Assembly: GCA_964035575.1 (NCBI GenBank)
Contig: OZ037844.1
Span: forward strand, 1,116,001 to 1,180,000
Direction: 5' to 3'
Length of the DNA stretch: 64,000 nt
Source: Rhynchopus sp. YZ270_cl-10
Lineage: Eukaryota
Shown here: positions 12,626 through 24,292 of the stretch, piece by piece
Numbering within the stretch: the first letter of the stretch is position 1
Layout of the letters: the number at the start of each line of letters is the position of its first letter
The notes under the pieces: model-generated
Databases searched by the model: none
The model's input: only the letters and a program-made list of their open reading frames with translations
Told to the model about the DNA's origin: nothing
Made by a program: the position numbers and the translations under genes

Positions 12626-13033
12626 CAGTGCTACCAACGCGACAAGTCGCGCGCGACTCGCGACAAACCACCCGCGACAGCGCGACAAAATGAGTTGTCG
12701 CAAAAATCGAAAATTTTTTTTTTCCATTTTGAGACACTTTTTTTTTTTTTTTTGTTAGGAAAAATCGCGTTTTTTCCGGGTACTTAGCAAAATTTTGGTC
12801 AAAAAATGATGGCTTTTGCTTACGTCGCTACTGTACCGTCTGCGATGGTTTTTTCTGGATTTTTTTTTTTGGATTTTTTTTTCCAAAATCGCCCACACCC
12901 AAAAAAAAAAAATTTTTTTTTTTTTGGTGAAAATTTTTGTGATGTCGAAAAAAAAAATTTTTTTTGGGCGCGACAGCGCGACAAGTGGCACTTTGTCGCG
13001 CGACTAGAATCTCTTGTCGCGTTGGTAGCACTG
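12626..13033. mobile_element. 408-bp hAT-like MITE, CGCGACA-motif ends, 7-bp TSD cccaccg
   Basis: TIR CAGTGCTACCAACGCGACAAG / CTTGTCGCGTTGGTAGCACTG. One of five near-identical copies in the window. Confidence 0.95.
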
Positions 13034-13574
13034 CCCACCGGACCCTACCCACAGAATTTGAACGCATTTTGGTTGAAATTTTGACTTGAAAATTTTCTTC
13101 ACAATTTGCCCAATCTGAGGTTTTCATTGGACTTTTTGGCACATTTTATGACCTACCAGGCCCGATTTTGGGCGAAAAAAAAAATTTTTTTTTGGTCAGA
13201 AATCGCCTTGTATAACCACTGTATTAGTGTAGGCTTGTACACAGAAGTGCATTTTTGTAAACAAAATGACCGGGAAATAAATTCTAGATGGTCAAATCAT
13301 CAAAATTCCAGCTCTATTTGCATTTTTGGGCCCAGCTGAGCCTATGGGGGGGTTTTTTTTCCAGGTGAGAAGTGTGTTTGTGAAAAAAAATCAAAAAAAA
13401 GCCAAAAAAAGCCGGAGGGATGGTCAAAAAAAGCCTCAAAATGACCGGGAAATAAATTCTAGATGGTCAAAACATCAAAATTCCAGCTCTATTTGCATTT
13501 TTGGGCCCATCTGAGCCTATGGGGGGGTATTTTTTTCAGCTGAAAAAGGTGTTTGCGAAAAAAAACCCAAAAAA

Positions 13575-13870
13575 AGCCAAAAAAGCCGGAGGGATGCCTA
13601 AAAAGCCGGCGGGATGCCTAAAAAAGCCGGCGGGATGCCTAAAAAAAGCCGGAGGGATGGTTAAAAAAGCCGGAGGGATGCCTAAAAAAGCCGGAGGGAT
13701 GGTCAAAAAAGCCGGAGGGATGCCTAAAAAAGCCGGCGGGATGCCTAAAAAAGCCGGAGGGATGCCTAAAAAAGCCGGCGGGATGCCTAAAAAAGCCGGA
13801 GGGATGCCTAAAAAAGCCGGAGGGATGCCTAAAAAGCCGGAGGGATGGTCAAAATCCCGGCGGGATGGTA
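13575..13870. repeat. 21-bp minisatellite (aaaaaagccggagggatgcct) inside element D1
   Basis: About 13 tandem copies read directly from the sequence. Confidence 0.9.
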
Positions 13871-13979
13871 TACCATCCCGCGGGCTTTTTGACCCTCCCT
13901 CCGGGAGGGTTGGGACCCTCCCTAGGGTATGTAAAGTCGCCGGAGGGAGTGTATTTTGACCCCTCCCTAGGGAAACAAA

Positions 13980-14919
13980 TGCAACGAACGCAACGCATGC
14001 AACGCATGTAACCGATGTGTACGTAGCGATCTGTATGCAACGAACGCAACGCATACAACGCAACGCAACCGATGTGTACGTAGCGATCTGTATGCAACGA
14101 ACGCAACTCATGCAACGCAACGCAACCGATGTGTACGTAGCGATCTGTATGCAACGAACGCAACGCATACAACGCAACGCAACCGATGTGTACGTAGCGA
14201 TCTGTATGCAACGAACGCAACGCATGCAACGCAACGCAACCGATGTGTACGTAGCGATCTGTATGCAACGAACGCAACGCATGCAACGCAACGCAACCGA
14301 TGCGTACGTAGCGATCTGTATGCAACGAACGCAACGCATGCAACGCAACGCAACCGATGTGTACGTAGCGATCTGTATGCAACGAACGCAACGCATGCAA
14401 CGCATGCAACCGATGTGTACGTAGCGATCTGTATGCAACGAACGCAACGCAACCGATGTGTACGTAGCGATCTGTATGCAACGAACGCAACGCATGCAAC
14501 GCAACGCAACCGATGTGTACGTAGCGATCTGTATGCAACGAACGCAACGCATGCAACGCAACGCAACCGATGCGTACGTAGCGATCTGTATGCAACGAAC
14601 GCAACGCATGCAACGCAACGCAACCGATGCGTACGTAGCGATCTGTATGCAACGAACGCAACGCATGCAACGCAACGCAACCGATGTGTACGTAGCGATC
14701 TGTATGCAACGAACGCAACGCATACAACGCAACGCAACCGATGCGTACGTAGCGATCTGTATGCAACGAACGCAACGCAACCGATGTGTACGTAGCGATC
14801 TGTATGCAACGAACGCAACGCATGCAACGCAACGCAACCGATGTGTACGTAGCGATCTGTATGCAACGAACGCAACGCATGCAACGCATGCAACCGATGT
14901 GTACGTAGCGATCTGTATG
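13980..14919. repeat. 57-bp satellite block
   Basis: Unit gcaacgaacgcaacgcatgcaacgcaacgcaaccgatgtgtacgtagcgatctgtat plus shorter deletion variants. Confidence 0.95.
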
Positions 14920-15764
14920 CAGTGCTACCAACGCGACAAGAGATTCTAGTCGCGCGACAAAGTGCCATTTTCGGGTGTCGCGCGCGACAACTCTGTCGCT
15001 TGTCGCGTTGTCGCGCGATTTTGGCTGGGGAGTTTACGTGGGCGCGACAAGGCTGTCGCGCGCGACAAACCAGCTGTCGCGCGCGACAAACCGGTTTGTC
15101 GCGCGCGACAGCTGGTTTGTCGCGCGCGACAAAAAAAAAAATTTTTTTTTTTTCGACATCACAAAATTTTCCACCCAGAAAAAAAAAATTTTTTTTTCGT
15201 CATGGCTGCACCAAAAATGCAAATAAAGCCAGAATTTTGATGTTTTGAGCATCTAGAATTTATTCTACGGCTATTTTGTGTACCCCGTACAGTTTATATG
15301 GGCCAGCGCCTTAGCAAAAAATCTCAAAAAAAAAAATTTTTTTTTCGAGAAAATTTTGACCCCTGACCTGGGTTTTTGGGCACCAAAAAATGCAAAAAAA
15401 ACGCAAAAATCGGGTGTTTTGACCATCTGTGGTTACACAAAACACACTTCTGTGTACAAGCCTACCCCAATACAGTGGTTATACAAGGCGATTTTTGACC
15501 AAAAAAAAATTTTTTTTTTTGCCCAAAATCGGGCGTGGTACGTCATAAAATGGCCCGAAGAATCCAATGAAAACCTCAGATTGGGCAAATCATGAAAAAA
15601 ATTTTCAAGTCAAATTTTCAGCCAAAATACGGTCATTTTGGTCATTATAACCGTCATACCCTGTTACGGGTTTGCGAGCCTGTACATTGCCTGTGCATTG
15701 AAGAGCGCTTAAGTTTGCGTACCCCAAAACATCAGGTAATAGGCAGAGCAATTCCTTCATCAGA

Positions 15765-16110
15765 AATGAAGTCCGTCGTAACCGAGGTTTCATTTTTCAA
15801 GAATGAAGTCCGTCGTAACCCGCGTGTTATCTTTGAAAAATGAAGTCCGTCGTAACCCCCGTTTTATTTTTCAAGAATGAAGTCCATTCTATGCGTCATT
15901 TTATCTTAGAAAAATGAAGTCCGTCGTAATAAGAGGCCTTATTTTTCAAGAATGAAGTCCATTCTACGCGTTATTTTATCTTTGAAAAATGAAGTCCGTC
16001 GTAACCCCCGTTTTATTTTTCAAGAATGAAGTCCATTCTACGCGTTATTTTATCTTTGAAAAATGAAGTCCGTCGTAACAGAGGCCTTATTTTTCAAGAA
16101 TGAAGTCTAT
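15765..16110. repeat. ~37-38-bp tandem repeat (AATGAAGTCCGTCGTAA core), about 10 copies, upstream of transposase
   Basis: Alternating gtccgtcgtaa and gtccattcta variants. Two to three related copies also occur at 34380-34465. Confidence 0.85.
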
Positions 16111-16216
16111 TGAGTTGAAATCAAAGCCTCCTCTTCTTTTGAACGTATTACTATCTGGTTCATGATGTTATACACCATCACCACAGACTTTTTACTATTT
16201 CCTAAACACTTTTGAG

Positions 16217-17989
16217 ATGTCGGGAGGAATGTGCACATGCTGCTTAGAGAAGCCGTGCGTCGCTCACTGCCCTGGTGACGAGGCGTGGACGCAAGGGCAA
16301 GGCACGATGACCGTTGTGTCGCAGTGTGAGCTCCGCAAAGGAGATTGGGTGGTGCACGAGTGGCGTTGCTCCGAGACGGGGGTTGATGTCACGTACGAAG
16401 GAAGGGTTACCCATCGCGCATCCGATGGTAACCTGGATGTGGTGTATATACGCCACGGCGTCGATGGGGAGCCTCTGAAGTCCACGATCCCCATGAACAG
16501 GGACTGGGGGGAAACGAAGATGCTGTGGGTGCGCGAGGACCTCAAGACCGGTGCTGGAAAGCGGAAGGCCCCCCCTGAGTCCGACCGTGAGCGCGGCCCG
16601 CCTGTAGGCAACCGTAACAAGAAACCCAAAGGGCCGTCTGATAAGGTGGTGGCAGCGAAGAGGAAGCGGTCCACGACGCTGAAGCTTGACTTCGACGCTG
16701 AGGAACGTGCGAGTAGCGCTGCGGAAGACAGCGACGCTGGCAAGACACAGCCGGAGGAGCGCGTGACGAGAAAAAGAATCAAGACGGAGCCAAAAAGGGA
16801 CAAGAACGGCAAAGATTACAAAGATTGGAGTAGTCGTCTGCAGGCAGTGTGTTCTCTTGTGGCGGCAGCGGTGACCGTGGTGATGAGCCGGTGTGTTCTG
16901 GTGCATGTGCTCGACATCGCTGAGTTCAGCCTTGTGCTTAAGGGGTGGCTGTGGGCGTGGTTCGACATAGTGAGAGTGCGAGGGGAGAACCAAGTGTCGC
17001 TCCGGTGCTTTTATGAGAATCCCAACAATGCACTCATCAAAGGGAACAGTGCGAAGAACAGGAGGGATCAGGCGCGGCGCCATATGACGAAGCTCGTGAA
17101 GGAGGCACAAAGACGACGTGAAGCAGATAGAGTTGCGAACTCTTATGCGAATTCACCTCTGCCTTCCTCGCAACAGAACATTTCCTCGCCCGCACCCTCC
17201 AGCAGTTCAAGGCTACTCCCAGAGCAGCAAGCCAGCACACAACCTGCGTTCGACTCCCCCTACGGCTTTTTGACGTACACGGATCACCTTGCGTTCGTGG
17301 CTGCAAAGCTCTGCTGGCCTTTCGTGTGGTTCCGCGCCAACCATCCGATGCGCAGCTGCCTCGTGCAACACCTTCTTGCTGGACAGAAGTTTTTTGCAGA
17401 TGAGCTGGCGAACCGCATCACCGTGCTTTCGAATGAGACGCAGGACGCGGTCTTCGCCCACCTGGAGGGACAAGACGTCTCCTTGATGTTGGACGGGGGA
17501 CGAGTGATGCGGCGGAACTTCGTCAGTTTTTCTGTGTCTGACGGCACAAACGCGTTTTGTCTGGACAACGAGGAGTACAAGGAGTCAGTGACAGGAGATC
17601 GCATTCTCGAGTCCATCCTTAAGTACATTGAGCTCTTGCGGAGGAGTCACATTTTTGTGTTCAGCGTGTGTGCGGACAACGCGGCGTCGATGCAGAAGGC
17701 ACTTCGTACACTTCTGAACCTTTGCACGCAAGAGACTGAAGAAGAAGACGAGGGTCCCGCACCTGAGCAGGGAGACGACGAAAACGATGAAGATAGCGAG
17801 GGTGAGGTTTCTGCAATCATGACAGCAATTAACAACGCTGTGGACCGTGTGCGACTGCAAGGAATCCTGGTCTACAGATGCGCAGCACACTCGCTCCAGT
17901 TGGTTCTTGGCGACTTCCTTGCGCACAAGTGCTTTTCCCAGTGGCAAGACAAGGTGAATGAGATTGTGGACCGGTACGTCGATCCAAGG
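16217..17989 (+). pseudogene. hAT transposase, 5' part (591 codons), disrupted by insertion at 17990
   Basis: hAT motifs: SLMLDGGR (first catalytic D), SVCADNAASM (second D) and RCAAHSLQLVL (CxxH). A degenerate BED-like segment WAWF...C...RRHM lies upstream. Confidence 0.9.
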
Positions 17990-18277
17990 CAGTGCTACCA
18001 GCGCTACAAGGTGCCAGTTGTAGCGCTACAAAACGCCATTTTCGAGGGTACCCGCTACAACTACTGTAGTTGTAGTTTTGTAGCGCGCTTTTGGCTGGGG
18101 AGTTTACGTGGGCGCTACAACGTTGTAGCGCGCTACAAACCAGTTGTAGCGCGCTACAAACCGGGTTGTAGCGCGCTACAAACCACTTGTAGCGCGCTAC
18201 AAAAAAAAAAATTTTTTTTTTTTCGACATCACAAAAATTTTTCTGGGGAAAAAAAATTTTTTTTTTTGGACCTGTGT

Positions 18278-19125
18278 CAAGGCTACCAACGGGACCCCTG
18301 GATCAGGGGTCCCCAGGGGTCCCGGACCCCCAGTCTGGGGGTCCGGGACCCCTGGGACCCCTGGGTCCCCGGGGTCCCAAAAATTTTTTTTTGGCAAAGA
18401 CATTTTTCAGGTGAAAAAAAAATTTTTTTTCGGCCCTGGGTTGGGTCCTGTGGCACCCAAAAATGCAAAAAAACGCACTTACGAGCACTTTTGAGCATCA
18501 CATATTTATTCCACGGCTATTTTGTGTGTGTACCGTACGTTTAGTATGGCCAGCGACTTAGCAAAAAATCGAAACATCTCAAAAAAAAAATTTTTTTTTC
18601 GGGAAAATTTCGACCCCTGACCTGGGTTTTTGGGCACCAAAAAATGCAAAAAAACGCAAAAATCGGGTGTTTTGACCATCTGTGGTTACACAAAACACAC
18701 TTCTGTGTACAAGCCTACACCAATACAGTGGTTATACAAAGCGATTTTTGACCAAAAAAAAAATTTTTTTTTCGCCCAAAATTTGCCGTGGTACCTCATA
18801 AAATGGCCCAAAGAATCCAATGAAAACCTCAGATTGGGCAAATTATGAAAAAAATTTTCAAGTCAAATTTTCAGCCAAAATACGGCTATTTTGGTCATGC
18901 CTTGTGTACTTTGTGTACTGAACTGGTCCCGAGGCCACAGGGACCGTGTAAGGGGCCAGCTTTTAGTGGCGAAAATTTCGCTAAGTACCCGGAAAAATCC
19001 CTAAGGAAAAAAAAAAATTTTTTTTCACGCAGGGTCACAAAAAAAAATTTTTTTTTTTTTGACTTTTGCTGGGGGTCCCGGACCCCTGGGACCCCCGGGG
19101 TGTTGGGGTCCCGTTGGTAACCTTG
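18278..19125. mobile_element. 848-bp hAT-like element, GGGACCCC-motif ends, 7-bp TSD cctgtgt
   Basis: CAAGGCTACCAACGGGACCCC ... GGGGTCCCGTTGGTAACCTTG, with cctgtgt on both sides. Confidence 0.92.
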
Positions 19126-19807
19126 CCTGTGTGGACCAAATATGCAAATAAAGGCACTTACGAGCAGTTTAGAGCATCTAGAGTTTATTCCCCGGTCATT
19201 TTGTGTACACAAGCCCATTTTGTATGGGCCAGCACCTTAGCAAAAAATCGAAAACTCGGAAAAAAAAATTTTTTTTTTCCGGCAAAATTTCGCCCCCTAA
19301 CTTGGGTCTTCGGGCACCGAAAAGTGCAAAAAAACGCAAAAATCGGGTGTTTTGACCATCTGTGGTTACATAAAACACACTTTTGTGTACAAGCCTACAC
19401 CAATACAGTGGTTATACAAGGCGATTTTTGACGGAAAAAAAAATTTTTTTTTCGCCCAAAATTTGCCGTGGTACCTCATAAAATGGCCCAAAGAATCCAA
19501 TGAAAACCTCAGATTGGGCAAATTATGAAAAAAATTTTCAAGTCAAATTTTCAGCCAAAATACGGCAGGTCATTTTGGTCATACCCTAAGATAAGCGCTT
19601 CGCGAGTGCTGATGCCATCACGAAACGTACCGGCAAGGCGACCACCCGCCATGGGGTCGACCAGGAAAAGACCTACATCAACCATCCGAAGTCCATCGTC
19701 GACCACGCCCTCCCAAGGTGACCACTCTACCAAGTTGTCAAGCAGGGATGCTGACCATCTTAGTATTGTACCATTGTACATCGTGCCATGGCATCTTACC
19801 ATCTTAC

Positions 19808-20070
19808 CATCATAACATCATAACATCATAACATCATAACATCATAACATCATAACATCATAACATCATAACATCATAACATCATAACATCATAACATCA
19901 TAACATCATAACATCATAACATCATAACATCATAACATCATAACATCATAACATCATAACATCATAACATCATAACATCATAACATCATAACATCATAAC
20001 ATCATAACATCATAACATCATAACATCATAACATCATAACATCATAACATCATAACATCATAACATCATA
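19808..20070. repeat. (CATCATAA)n 8-bp microsatellite, about 33 copies
   Basis: Perfect array flanked by degenerate catcttac, catcatac and catcgtac units. Confidence 0.97.
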
Positions 20071-20520
20071 CCATCATACCATCGTACCATGGGGCGCGTA
20101 GTCGAGTGTCCACCTTGGGACAAGGCACCAGCATCCCCATTTGCATCACGGAGATAGAGACTGCCTACTCACTTCCTAGGTGACGCACTATGAGCGTACA
20201 CCACTACAAATACACAAAGGGAGAGTGCTCACTCCTCCACCTCCTCGACCTCCCCCAACCCGGACGAACATGCCGAAGTTGTACGAACGCACCGAAGGCG
20301 GAAGTACTCGCGGAAGGCGGACGAGTGAGCCAAATCCAGACGAGCGAGCAAGGTGCAGACGAGCGTGCCTCACAAAGCACACCATCTCCGGTCTGACGGG
20401 GAACTTCCAGCCTCTCAGCCCAGGGAAAAACCCTGGCCACCGGAGGGCCCTAACGGCCCGACGAGGAGGCGCCCCATAGGGCGCTGGGGCCAAGGGACTT
20501 AAGTCGCCCTAACGGCGACT

Positions 20521-23145
20521 TAAACGTCCCGAGGCCACAGCGACCGTGGAAGGGGCTAGCTTTTGATGACCAAAATTTCGCTAAGTACCCGAAAAATCCC
20601 TAAGGAAAAAGGTGGAAAAAAAGTGTCTCAAAATAGACATCTATTTTTTGGCGTTTTTTGCTACAGCGCTACCAGTAGCACTGTAGCGCGCTACTTGTAG
20701 CGTGTAGCGCGATACTTGTAGCGCTGGTAGCATTGGTATTTAAACCCACATATTTGCTGGGTAAACGTCCCGAGGCCACAGCGACCGTGGAAGGGGCTAG
20801 CTTTTGATGACCAAAATTTCGCTAAGTACCCGAAAAATCCCTAAGGAAAAAGGTGGAAAAAAAGTGTCTCAAAATAGACATCTATTTTTTGGCGTTTTTT
20901 GCTACAGCGCTACCAGTAGCACTGTAGCGCGCTACTTGTAGCGTGTAGCGCGATACTTGTAGCGCTGGTAGCATTGGTATTTAAACCCACATATTTGCTG
21001 GGTAAACGTCCCGAGGCCACAGCGACCGTGGAAGGGGCTAGCTTTTGATGACCAAAATTTCGCTAAGTACCCGAAAAATCCCTAAGGAAAAAGGTGGAAA
21101 AAAAGTGTCTCAAAATAGACATCTATTTTTTGGCGTTTTTTGCTACAGCGCTACCAGTAGCACTGTAGCGCGCTACTTGTAGCGTGTAGCGCGATACTTG
21201 TAGCGCTGGTAGCATTGGTATTTAAACCCACATATTTGCTGGGTAAACGTCCCGAGGCCACAGCGACCGTGGAAGGGGCTAGCTTTTGATGACCAAAATT
21301 TCGCTAAGTACCCGAAAAATCCCTAAGGAAAAAGGTGGAAAAAAAGTGTCTCAAAATAGACATCTATTTTTTGGCGTTTTTTGCTACAGCGCTACCAGTA
21401 GCACTGTAGCGCGCTACTTGTAGCGTGTAGCGCGATACTTGTAGCGCTGGTAGCATTGGTATTTAAACCCACATATTTGCTGGGTAAACGTCCCGAGGCC
21501 ACAGCGACCGTGGAAGGGGCTAGCTTTTGATGACCAAAATTTCGCTAAGTACCCGAAAAATCCCTAAGGAAAAAGGTGGAAAAAAAGTGTCTCAAAATAG
21601 ACATCTATTTTTTGGCGTTTTTTGCTACAGCGCTACCAGTAGCACTGTAGCGCGCTACTTGTAGCGTGTAGCGCGATACTTGTAGCGCTGGTAGCATTGG
21701 TATTTAAACCCACATATTTGCTGGGTAAACGTCCCGAGGCCACAGCGACCGTGGAAGGGGCTAGCTTTTGATGACCAAAATTTCGCTAAGTACCCGAAAA
21801 ATCCCTAAGGAAAAAGGTGGAAAAAAAGTGTCTCAAAATAGACATCTATTTTTTGGCGTTTTTTGCTACAGCGCTACCAGTAGCACTGTAGCGCGCTACT
21901 TGTAGCGTGTAGCGCGATACTTGTAGCGCTGGTAGCATTGGTATTTAAACCCACATATTTGCTGGGTAAACGTCCCGAGGCCACAGCGACCGTGGAAGGG
22001 GCTAGCTTTTGATGACCAAAATTTCGCTAAGTACCCGAAAAATCCCTAAGGAAAAAGGTGGAAAAAAAGTGTCTCAAAATAGACATCTATTTTTTGGCGT
22101 TTTTTGCTACAGCGCTACCAGTAGCACTGTAGCGCGCTACTTGTAGCGTGTAGCGCGATACTTGTAGCGCTGGTAGCATTGGTATTTAAACCCACATATT
22201 TGCTGGGTAAACGTCCCGAGGCCACAGCGACCGTGGAAGGGGCTAGCTTTTGATGACCAAAATTTCGCTAAGTACCCGAAAAATCCCTAAGGAAAAAGGT
22301 GGAAAAAAAGTGTCTCAAAATAGACATCTATTTTTTGGCGTTTTTTGCTACAGCGCTACCAGTAGCACTGTAGCGCGCTACTTGTAGCGTGTAGCGCGAT
22401 ACTTGTAGCGCTGGTAGCATTGGTATTTAAACCCACATATTTGCTGGGTAAACGTCCCGAGGCCACAGCGACCGTGGAAGGGGCTAGCTTTTGATGACCA
22501 AAATTTCGCTAAGTACCCGAAAAATCCCTAAGGAAAAAGGTGGAAAAAAAGTGTCTCAAAATAGACATCTATTTTTTGGCGTTTTTTGCTACAGCGCTAC
22601 CAGTAGCACTGTAGCGCGCTACTTGTAGCGTGTAGCGCGATACTTGTAGCGCTGGTAGCATTGGTATTTAAACCCACATATTTGCTGGGTAAACGTCCCG
22701 AGGCCACAGCGACCGTGGAAGGGGCTAGCTTTTGATGACCAAAATTTCGCTAAGTACCCGAAAAATCCCTAAGGAAAAAGGTGGAAAAAAAGTGTCTCAA
22801 AATAGACATCTATTTTTTGGCGTTTTTTGCTACAGCGCTACCAGTAGCACTGTAGCGCGCTACTTGTAGCGTGTAGCGCGATACTTGTAGCGCTGGTAGC
22901 ATTGGTATTTAAACCCACATATTTGCTGGGTAAACGTCCCGAGGCCACAGCGACCGTGGAAGGGGCTAGCTTTTGATGACCAAAATTTCGCTAAGTACCC
23001 GAAAAATCCCTAAGGAAAAAGGTGGAAAAAAAGTGTCTCAAAATAGACATCTATTTTTTGGCGTTTTTTGCTACAGCGCTACCAGTAGCACTGTAGCGCG
23101 CTACTTGTAGCGTGTAGCGCGATACTTGTAGCGCTGGTAGCATTG
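20521..23145. repeat. 241-bp tandem array (11 copies) of the hAT-like right end plus a ~26-bp spacer
   Basis: Period 241 (20525, 20766, 21007 ... 22935). Each unit ends in the TIR GCGCTGGTAGCATTG followed by gtatttaaacccacatatttgctggg; the last unit ends at the TSD. Confidence 0.96.
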
Positions 23146-23152
23146 TCCAAGG

Positions 23153-24007
23153 AACGCAGACACTCTCCTCAAAAACCAGACCGACATCCCGGAGAAGAAC
23201 CGCTGTGGTCTTCTGCGTATTTTGTCTGTGCGGTGGAACACCATGGTGGATGCGGTGAAGAGGATCGTAAAGCTACGCGAATACCTGTTTGTGGATGATC
23301 GCAAGAACGACAGCTTCTTCGACACGTGCGCGTTTTTTTTGCTTATGTCAGAGCCTATCGCCGAACTGACTGATCAGGTGCAAGGGAACTCCTCGACCTT
23401 CATGTCGTTCATGCGTGGGCTGGCAGCTCTGACAGCAACACTGAAGCAGTGCGTCGCCGAGGCTGGTGATTTTGCTGCAGAAGCGGAGGAGTTGGTGGAG
23501 TTCTACAACGAAAGGCTTGACAAGAACTTCACCTTCGACGGTACACGGCTCTTCAACTTCCTTGACCCCAGCCAGAACCAGCGTGACATGCCGTCTCAGG
23601 ATGAGAACGACTTGTTCGAACTCACGAGCAGCTACGTCACGCAGTACCTCTCGTGCAGGGATCCCAATGGAGCCACAGCCGCATCGTTCAAAGAACGTGT
23701 CGAACGCGAGTTGACACTCTTCCTGGGGAGGAACATTGTGCCAGAGGCCGACTTCGACACATACTGGAAAAGCCCGCAAACCGGCCGCTCCGTGTTGGCA
23801 CAGTTTGCGCGAGCTCTGGGTAAGAGCGCTGCGACAGAAGCGGAGGTGGAACGGCAGCTGAAGGTTCTGAAGCACACTCTGAACAAGAGGCGTGCTTCGC
23901 TGCAGACATCACGGGCCAACGCCGCCACTAAGTTGGCGATAAATTACCCACGCCTGCTGAAAATTAAGCAGGAACGTACCGCAGTCGATTCAGGTCTTCA
24001 GTTTTAA
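23153..24007 (+). pseudogene. hAT transposase, 3' part (284 aa)
   Basis: In frame with the 5' part (…YVDPR|NADTLLK…). It contains LSVRWNT (hAT RW motif) and DTYWK…SAATEAEVERQL (C-terminal domain with catalytic E). Confidence 0.9.
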
Positions 24008-24252
24008 TTTTTTTTTTTTTTCTTTTTCATTTGTTCATTTTTCTGTATTTGTGAATTTTTTTCGGAGTACTGCATGGGGTCGAAAAGACGTGACGTGTGG
24101 TACTCATCATTTTTATTTTTTTTTAAAACTTTTCATTTTGTCGACAGCTTCATTTTACAATACTTCTTTCGCCAACGTAACGGCACTAAAGGAGGCACAT
24201 TTATCTTTCAAGTTTCTTTATTCGATTCAGTTCATCATCTATTATTAAAAAG

Positions 24253-24292
<40 letters not shown>

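Larger units (their letters stand above)
12205..13978 (-). mobile_element. Fold-back Helentron-like element, family D1
   Basis: 33-bp asymmetric inverted repeat (12513-12545 vs 13947-13979, 31/33 match), a roughly 300-bp palindrome at 12213-12508 outside the internal arm, and an internal 21-bp repeat. It is inserted in the satellite at ctgt|atgc with no TSD. Confidence 0.7.
17990..23145 (+). mobile_element. Non-autonomous hAT-like element, CGCTACA-motif ends, 7-bp TSD tccaagg
   Basis: TIRs CAGTGCTACCAGCGCTACAAG ... CTTGTAGCGCTGGTAGCATTG, with tccaagg at 17983-17989 and 23146-23152. Removing it restores the transposase frame. Confidence 0.94.

Noticed and set aside
13501..13959. KKAGGMP-repeat protein (and WREGPQT-repeat ORFs at 53739-54701)
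   Set aside because: These are translations of 21-bp minisatellites inside family D elements.
17990..18544. C-terminal 184 aa of the 775-aa ORF
   Set aside because: This is read-through into the nested element. The true transposase continues at 23153.
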